The translations under genes were made by a program, and so were the position numbers. This document shows, piece by piece, positions 54,270-61,805 of a stretch of 61,805 nucleotides of DNA (positions are counted from its first letter, which is position 1; every line of letters starts with the position of its first letter). The DNA is taken from IMG/VR virus record IMGVR_UViG_3300024999_000107, positions 1-61,805 of that record, one strand, 5' to 3'. The notes under the pieces were generated by a model that was not told the origin of the DNA, did not search any database, and was given only the letters and a program-made list of their open reading frames with translations. This DNA is from a virus (taxonomy: Duplodnaviria > Caudoviricetes).

Positions 54270-57200
54270 ATGGCAGATTGTCTAAATTGCATAAATTGTA
54301 TAAGAAAAGAAGTATATGATGGGCAATGGGGAAGGTTTGCATTTGACAAGAAATGTTTGGTTGGGGTATTTGTTATCAAAGATGGTAGAATAAATCCGTG
54401 GGATATGCTATGTGATAAATTTGAACACGGAGAATCAAAAATTAAATACATGACAAAAGAAGAAAAACATAAATATTAAACATAGGAGATGTTGTTATGG
54501 CGTTTGGTAAAAGAGAATCTTACACTGATGATTTAATTACTTATACCGAGAGTGTTGATATGCTTTTAAATGATTTAAAATCAATAGGACATAAAGAGAT
54601 AACAAAAGAAGAACTAAATAAAATTTTACAAAATAATTTTTCTATAGGTTGTGCAGTAAGATTGGAATTAGGTAGAATATTAAAAATGGAGGTATAGAAA
54701 TGGCAAAAGCTGACGATTATTGCGGAGCTAAAAGTTGTGGGTGTAAAGCAGATGACTATGATGTTGGTTATTGGGATCGAGTAAAAAGAGACAATAATAG
54801 AGAATTGTTTATGCAAGAATATTTATGTGAATGGGTGAAAGATGATACTTTTTTAAATTCTATAGAAATATGTTTGCTACACTTATATACACAAGTTTAC
54901 AGAGAACATCCAACTGAACGTGATCTTCTGGCTTATCAAATTAATAGAATTTGTCATGATTTAGAAATAAATAGTGACAAAATAATTGATATTTTACCAT
55001 CTGGTAGACTAAGACCTAAAAATTTTAGTAGACATATTAATGTAGAAAATATACCTGAAATATGTGAATCTGCATATAATAAGATTTATGAACTTTATAA
55101 TAAAATATCAGAGGAAGATAGGAAAAGACAAGAAGAGCAAGAGAAAGAAAATAAAGATGGTTATTATTTTTTAAAATTATAGCATAAATCTCTAAATTTA
55201 AATGCTTTTAGAAAGGAGATTAATTTATGCAATTAGATAAAAAAGTTGATATCAATAATCCAGAAGAGATTAAAAAATATCTTGACAACTCTATTACAAA
55301 TTGGCGTAGAAGTAAAGAAAATGCAGACGATCAAGAAGATATGTTAGTAGCCAGTTGCTATGTTGATGCTTATCAGAGCGTAAGAGTATCATTGTTTGGT
55401 GAATTAAAGGATTAAGAAAGAGGTTAAAGTTATGACAAAAACAGAGATTCTATTTTATGGAGCATTACTGGAAAGTGATATGTATGTTGATGGATATGGT
55501 TCAACTGACGAAGATGCATTGCAAGTACAAAAAGCATTAAAGAAAATGTATGGTGTTACAAAAGAAATCTCAGATGAGGATGCCTTGAAAACCGAAGCAC
55601 AAATAAATGATGATATGAGAAGTTTGGTTATAGAATTTAGAGATAAGGTGAGAGAGTATCTAGGTAAGGAGGAGTAATCATATGTCAAACGATTTTAAAT
55701 TGGATATTAATATTCCACAAAAGAATATTGAGCAAATGGCTAAACAAGTTGTGCGCGAACTTATTGAGGGGAAAATTGATGAGGTAATGATAAAATTAAA
55801 TGTAGAAAAATTAGTGGAAGAAAAAGTAAAATCAATTATTGAATCAAAAACAACTAAAATTATTGATACTTCAATAAAAAAATTAGTTTCAGATATTGAA
55901 TGGAGAATTGAGGGTAGTGTTAGGCAAGAAATTCATGATATTGTCATTAAAGAAGTACAAAAGAAACCTATGAGTGGGAATGTGTATTTAAAAATTGGCA
56001 GTGATAATGTAGAAACAGATTGGGATTAATTTGGGTTAAAAGGATTATTTCATCCCTAATAAAAATAAAGGAGATTGATGAGCATGTTAACAATTGAGTT
56101 TAAAGGTATCGTAAAATGTGATGATGAAAATGGTTTTTATGCAGAAAGTCAAAATGAAAATATTATGGATGCTGAGTCTCTTGATGGATTAGATCAAATT
56201 CTATCTAATTTTGGGTATAGTCCGACAGCTATAGATGAAGAGATCGAAATTATAATTAAAACAAATAGAAAAGATGTCCGTACTATAAATGAACAAATTA
56301 CTCAAGGATATTAAATTTATATTTAATTGTTTTAAAAAGGAGCATCTATGAAAGACAACACATTCACTTATGAATTATGGGATTTATGTAGACAATATCA
56401 GCATGAAAGTTTGTTTGCAAAAATAACATTTGCAATATTAAATAGATTCACTGATATGAAAACTATTTATTTTAATGAAGAAGATTTTTATAATGCAATT
56501 GATTGTGAAGATTATAAGTGGGCAGAATTACGTTTGCAATATATGATTAATAATGGTATTAATTATAATTCCCCCTAGAATGACTGGATTGCGTACAACT
56601 CTTGCATTAGAAAGGATGGATTTATGTGAGGAAAGGAATTGATAAAATGATTAAACTCAATAATCAATTAATAATGACTATTGGAAAAACACAAAATGGA
56701 TGGAATTTAACCAAAGAAATGATTATGAACTCTTTAGACACATTCGCAAACAAACCTATTGTATGGAATAAACGTGAAGATTTTAACAATTATACAGATA
56801 TGGATAATTATAAAGATAGTTGTCAAGTAATAGGAATGATTTTAGCAGAACCTAATATAGAAATTACAGATCATGAGGTTTATGCAGATATTATGATAAT
56901 GAATGATAATCATAGGCATCTATGGACAGGAAAATTTGATAATTGGTGTATTACGTTAAGTGATGATAAGAAGTCATTTGAATTAGATAGCATTGAAGTA
57001 TTTTAAGGAGGAATTGATTAAAATGGAATTCGAAGACATTAAAGAACAAGTTAGTATATTATTAGATTTAACAAACAGAAAGACAACACTTAAACTTCTT
57101 GGAGAAATATTAGATGAAGATTATGATCTTAAAACCGCAAGCAATTTAGTAAAAGCAGATTGTAATTCATCTCTAAATAAAATGATGTTTGAAGAATGTT

Positions 57201-58799
57201 ACTATTCTGAAGGAAATGAAGAAGCAGGATTTATTAGATTAAAAGATATTTTGGACGCAGTTGAGGAAATAGTAAATCTCGATGATTATAATAGAGTTGA
57301 AGACATTCATTTTGAGTATTTTGTTAGACCAGAAACAGATGAAGAATCGGAAATTGAAGGACGACATGATAGTGGTATTGAGTGGTGGGTTGCGGATGAA
57401 AGGGTGGATATCGATAAGATTTATGTTCAATTTGATGGATCGTAAACAATATTATGGTTTTATTTTAGAAAGGAGTATTTATAACATTGATAATTTATCC
57501 AGATAGAGATTACTCATATCTTCTACTCTCTCAAGGAAGGCAATGTGGAAAAACAAATATACATCTTGCTATTTTAGAAGCTGTCATGAGTAGCAAGTTA
57601 ATTAATAAACCTGTGGAAATAAGTTTTAGTATGAAGCTTGTAAAAATTGAAGATTAAAAAGGAGCTAATTAAATGAATTTAGAAGAAAAAATTAGTGAAC
57701 TAAGACTGGCACTAGAATGTTTAAAAGACTAATATGTTCAATATGTTAACAATGCTTGTCATTGTGATGAATATGACGATAATGAAGAATGTTCATATTG
57801 CTATGCTAAAAGAGTATTAGAAAAAACAAAGTAAAACAAATAAAAAATATTTGAAAGGAAGTTGTAAAATGAAAATTGTAAAAAATCTAATTAAAAATAA
57901 AAAACCAATTTATAATGTTAAAATGTGTGGAGATTATAATGATGCTGATTATTCTTACTCAGAGGAAGAATTTGATGAAACATATTTTAATGAAATTGCA
58001 GAATGTTTACTAGAAGTTAAGAAATTAGTTGGAAAAGACTATACCAATGAAGATCACGGATATGAAAATGTGGATGAACATATTCAGGAATTGCAAAAAC
58101 AATATAAAGTAGATTTTAATTGTCCAAATGGAGATAGTGCTTCAGGGTATCCAATACATAGTTTAGAAAGTGTTGATATTCAATTTATTGATATCGATGG
58201 GAAGATATATAATGTTATTTTAGAAGATTAGGAAAGGAGATAAATTATGCCAAGATTAATTACAATTTATGAAACAGAAGTAGAAGTCCCACAATGGGAA
58301 TATTGTAATGAACAAACAGATAAAGCAAGTAAAAATGGAGATACCTTATGTAAATTTGTTAAAGGTTCAAGAGATGAAAGAAATTGCTTACTGTCTGGAC
58401 AAATTCTTTATATGGTTGGGTTAAAAAATGTGATGACTGTATCATAATGTCAAAAATGAATAAAAAGGAGATAAAACAATGAAAGAATTTAACGATCAAT
58501 TACTAAAATTTAAAATCACCAATGATAAACTTAAAATGGAAATAAGTCTTAAAGATTTGGTGTGGTTGTTTCATAATAGTCCTGATAATTGTAGTGATGA
58601 TGGAAGTAATTTAGGTGCAAAAATAATGCGCGGTAAAAGACAGGAATTTGCTGAATATATTGTAACTATGCTTATGGACGAATCACCAAACAATGGGAAT
58701 AATATGAGATGGGGAGAACCATTTGAAGATATATTTATGGAAATATTCGAGGGTGATGAAGAATTTTGCAAATATAATGGATATGAGGATGGTGAATAA
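54270..58799 (+). CDS. Array of small hypothetical proteins (54270-54479, 54497-54697, 54700-55182, 55227-55415, 55432-55677, 55682-56029, 56075-56314, 56348-56578, ~56647-57006, ~57023-57445, ~57869-58231, 58247-58447, 58479-58799)
   Basis: Tightly packed ORFs with RBSs. Confidence 0.6.
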
Positions 58800-58802
58800 A
58801 TA

Positions 58803-59864
58803 ATGAATAGTACAATATTTTTACCAAAAACTATTAAAGTAGGTTATCAAGAACGCAAAGATACATACACTGGACAACTTGCTTACATTATTTATTATGA
58901 CCAAAGAAATGTTTTAAGAAAAGAAAAAAGTTGGAATGGTTGGCGCGACAACAAAATTGAACCACAAGAGTTTGAAAATGTACCTACGAGTGGATTTGTA
59001 TTAAATAAGAAAGTTGGCGATTATAGTTCGGGATGGGAGCATCGAAAATCATATTGTAGAGTATTCGATGAGCGAAACTTTGAATTCGAAATTACAATAG
59101 AAAACTTACTCTATATTCTTGAAAATGCTAGTTCTATTAAAGGTAAGGGGTTAGAAGGATTTTTTGTGTACGGTTGGTCTGGGTCAGATTTATTGTTAAT
59201 CCCAGTGGAATCTCCTGATTATGTTGAACTATCCAAATTAAACGATCTAAGACATGAAAAGAAGAAATTCGATGGTAAAACCTTAATATTAGGTGGGACA
59301 TATAAATCCAATTCCAATAATGAATTGATTTATTTAGGCAGATTTTATGAAAACAATAAGGACAGTAAAGAAACAAAAACATATTTTTTCTATAATAGAA
59401 ATGTAAGTTATAGAAAAATTACATCTATAAAATCTTTATCAGGCAATATTATTGATATAATAGATGAGAATTGTGTTGAAGATTATTCTGATTTGATGGA
59501 TGAACTATTAAAGAGCGATAGTTATTCTGCTAGAGAACCCAAGAATGATATATATTTAGATTATACATCAGAAGAATTCAATAAATTATTAGAAAAGAAT
59601 TCTTATTGGCATAATCAATGCTATGTTAAAATTAATAACAAATATATAAAATATTATATTGAAAGACAAAGACATTATAGTTATTATCACTATACTAATT
59701 ATGATAAGAAAAATGAAGTTTATAATGTTTATACTACCACCAAGGGTAGAAAAGATGAAATATTTATGAGAGAAGCATCTCTTGAAAAAGTTTTTGATAC
59801 AATTAACCCTAAATATTTAGTAACTTATAATTCAAATAAAGAATTAATTAAGGAGTGGAAATAA
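58803..59864 (+). CDS. 353-aa phage hypothetical protein
   Basis: Long ORF; LRKEKSWNGWRD...GFVLNKKVG...FEFEITIENL. Confidence 0.75.
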   Translation: MNSTIFLPKTIKVGYQERKDTYTGQLAYIIYYDQRNVLRKEKSWNGWRDNKIEPQEFENVPTSGFVLNKKVGDYSSGWEHRKSYCRVFDERNFEFEITIENLLYILENASSIKGKGLEGFFVYGWSGSDLLLIPVESPDYVELSKLNDLRHEKKKFDGKTLILGGTYKSNSNNELIYLGRFYENNKDSKETKTYFFYNRNVSYRKITSIKSLSGNIIDIIDENCVEDYSDLMDELLKSDSYSAREPKNDIYLDYTSEEFNKLLEKNSYWHNQCYVKINNKYIKYYIERQRHYSYYHYTNYDKKNEVYNVYTTTKGRKDEIFMREASLEKVFDTINPKYLVTYNSNKELIKEWK

Positions 59865-59866
59865 AA

Positions 59867-60271
59867 ATGAAAACAGAAACAAACGATCTTAAGATTATGG
59901 AACTAAAAAAGCAAATTGAGGAAAAGAAAATTAAATTAGGAAAATCTCAAAAGTTTTCACCAATTACAAATTGTTCAATTGAACTAAATGGTATTAGGGT
60001 AAATATTCAAGTTCTAACGAAAGAGCAATTAACTACTTTATTAATTAAACTAAATTCATATGCAATTTCTGCTAAAGATTTGGGAATTGATTTTGTTATT
60101 AGTGGATATCATGTTGTTGAGTGGATTACCGATATTAAGTCTAAACTTGATTTTGTAAGTTGTAAAGAAGAAGAAAATAAACTTAAAGTTATGGAATCGA
60201 AATTGCATCAGCTTCTTTCCAATGAAAAGAAAGTTGAACTTGAAATTGATGAGATAATGAAGAATCTGTAA
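59867..60271 (+). CDS. Coiled-coil partner hypothetical protein
   Basis: RBS AAGGAG; coupled to the preceding gene. Confidence 0.7.
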   Translation: MKTETNDLKIMELKKQIEEKKIKLGKSQKFSPITNCSIELNGIRVNIQVLTKEQLTTLLIKLNSYAISAKDLGIDFVISGYHVVEWITDIKSKLDFVSCKEEENKLKVMESKLHQLLSNEKKVELEIDEIMKNL

Positions 60272-60288
60272 TTAGTTGATTCTTGAAA

Positions 60289-60318
60289 GTGGCCTCTAAC
60301 AAGGATTCTAGAGGCCAC
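60289..60318. terminator. GC-rich hairpin
   Basis: GTGGCCTCTA-10-TAGAGGCCAC. Confidence 0.6.
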
Positions 60319-60366
60319 ATAACCAGATAAAATCTGATGTTGAAGAATAAAGAAAGGAGTCCTCTC

Positions 60367-60824
60367 ATGTATCTTAAAAATTCAAAAGGTGAAGAAATTA
60401 ATACAAAAGAAATGGCAATCAAGGCACTAGTTCATACTGCCAATTATGAGCAAATGTCTTTACAAGAAATTTGGTGTTTTGATGAACAATGTGAAATGTT
60501 TGGGATAGATAAAACTAAATTCTATGCTCAAGAAATGTGTAAAGAATGTATGAAATGGGGAGTTCTGATTTATCATTATAAGGATGATAATTTTGAGTAT
60601 AGGTATGATTGGAAATGTCCTACGTGTAGAAAGGAGGATTAATATGATAAGATATCAGATAGGAGGAATATATGTTAACTTCATGTAAAGAGAATCAATA
60701 TCTTGTGTTTTATTTTGATGATGGTAAAAACGTAAAATATAATTTATCAACAGGAGAAACAATTGGCAAACTTGGCAAACCAGTAAAAGACATTCGCACA
60801 CAACTTAGGGGATATGATTTATAA
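60367..60824 (+). CDS. Hypothetical proteins (60367-60642; 60672-60824, probably a truncated gene)
   Basis: ORFs with RBSs. Confidence 0.5.
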
Positions 60825-60847
60825 ATAAAAATAAGGAGGACTGACTT

Positions 60848-61805
60848 ATTGGGTTATTAACCAAATTAGCTATAATAAATTGGCATCCCAGAAATAAAAA
60901 ACATTATGAAAATAAAGAATATATTTTCACGAAATGGAAAGACAAGTTTGAAGTTAAAATAGAAGATTTACAAATTGGAGCTAAAATATTAGCAAAAATA
61001 AAGTGCGATGGTGATAGATGTACAAAAGTAATGAATGTAAAATGGCATGATTATTTAAAATGTGTTCATAGTGATGGTAAATATTATTGTAATAAATGTG
61101 CCAATAGAATATTTGGAAGTGAAAATACAAGAAAAGGTAGACTAAAGAACGGCAGATCATTTGAACAATGGTGTATTGACAATAATAAACAAGATGTTCT
61201 TAATTTATGGGATTATGAATTAAATATATTAAAACCAGATGAAATAAATTATGGTTCTACGAAGAAATATTACTTTAAATGTCCTAGAAATATACACGAA
61301 AGTGAGTTAAAGAAAATTAGTCGAGTTACAGGTAAATGCAATCAATGCAATTCCTTTGCCCAATGGGGCATTGATAAATACGGAGAAAATTTTTTGGAAA
61401 AATATTGGGACTATAATAAAAATGACAACATAGACCCTTGGGGAATTAGTCGTGGTAGTAATAAAAAGGTATGGATTATATGTCAAAAGAAAGATTATCA
61501 TAGTAGTTATAAAGTAACAATATACAACTTTAATAAAAAAAATAATAGATGCTCATATTGTAATTCTAATAGTGGCAAAGTACATAAATTGGATAGTGTG
61601 GGTACTGTATGCCCTGAAGTATTAAATGTATGGAGTGATAAAAATAAAACATCTCCCTATGAATATAGTCCTCATAGCGATAAAGAAGTTTATTGGAAAT
61701 GCGAACATGGTATACATAGTGATTACAAAAGAAATATTGATTGTTCATTAAGATATAATTTTCATTGCCCAGAATGTCGATATTCTAAAGGTGAAAAAAT
61801 AATAA
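60848..61805 (+). CDS. Zinc-ribbon repeat (DUF4379-like) protein, probably a mobile endonuclease; runs off the window end
   Basis: Frame open from ATT at 60848 (8 nt after AGGAGG) to the end; repeats WDY..N...P......S.KK.W..C...H...CxxC; ends SKGEKII. Confidence 0.75.
   Translation, partial: MGLLTKLAIINWHPRNKKHYENKEYIFTKWKDKFEVKIEDLQIGAKILAKIKCDGDRCTKVMNVKWHDYLKCVHSDGKYYCNKCANRIFGSENTRKGRLKNGRSFEQWCIDNNKQDVLNLWDYELNILKPDEINYGSTKKYYFKCPRNIHESELKKISRVTGKCNQCNSFAQWGIDKYGENFLEKYWDYNKNDNIDPWGISRGSNKKVWIICQKKDYHSSYKVTIYNFNKKNNRCSYCNSNSGKVHKLDSVGTVCPEVLNVWSDKNKTSPYEYSPHSDKEVYWKCEHGIHSDYKRNIDCSLRYNFHCPECRYSKGEKII

Larger units (their letters stand above)
1..61805 (+). mobile_element. Segment of a large SPbeta-like temperate phage/prophage (early/accessory and lysogeny-control region), clostridial host likely
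   Basis: Dense co-oriented small ORFs with AGGAGG/GAAAGG RBSs; YopX-, YopQ- and YopR-like genes, many HNH endonucleases, DNA ligase, MTase; no host housekeeping operons. Confidence 0.85.

Noticed and set aside
5911-57832. Stop-codon reassignment (several in-frame TAA)
   Set aside because: TAA, TAG and TGA all terminate well-defined genes here; scattered nonsense mutations explain the cases.
3611-61748. Minus-strand and nested ORFs of 60-140 aa in the ORF track
   Set aside because: Shadows of + strand genes without RBSs or motifs; only the nested HNH and the 48767-48859 peptide have independent support.
1-61805. tRNA/rRNA genes and arbitrium aimR/aimP
   Set aside because: No cloverleaf/T-loop signatures or RRNPP/TPR receptor with adjacent pro-peptide seen by eye; not verified with tRNAscan or HMMs.

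Overview
The whole window looks like part of a large, AT-rich, SPbeta-like temperate phage or prophage of a clostridial (Firmicutes) host. Almost all genes are on the + strand with strong Shine-Dalgarno sites. There are over 100 small accessory ORFs, several homing endonucleases and no virion genes. The standout locus is 33.8-41.2 kb. An agr-type peptide-signalling cassette comprises a DUF5317 membrane protein, a kinase-less AgrC-like receptor, an unannotated 43-aa AgrD and AgrB. It encloses an HTH-MazF fusion and is followed by a LexA-boxed gene. It sits directly upstream of homologues of the SPbeta lysogeny genes yopQ/sroE and yopR/mrpR/sroF, where SPbeta keeps its arbitrium genes. I propose this as a candidate cyclic-peptide lysis-lysogeny communication system. 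A second striking feature is a C5 DNA methyltransferase whose reading frame stays open across a 687-nt insert that encodes a complete HNH endonuclease in another frame. Also present are an IS607 (tnpA/tnpB) splitting a gene at GG, an orphan primase C-terminus with an iteron origin, a candidate structured RNA and a minus-strand hydrophobic mini-gene. Recognisable genes include MazG, DenV-like, Lar, SemiSWEET-like, DUF262, RlmN-like radical SAM, Pth2, YyaC and LigA. All family calls come from motif recognition by eye, not database searches.
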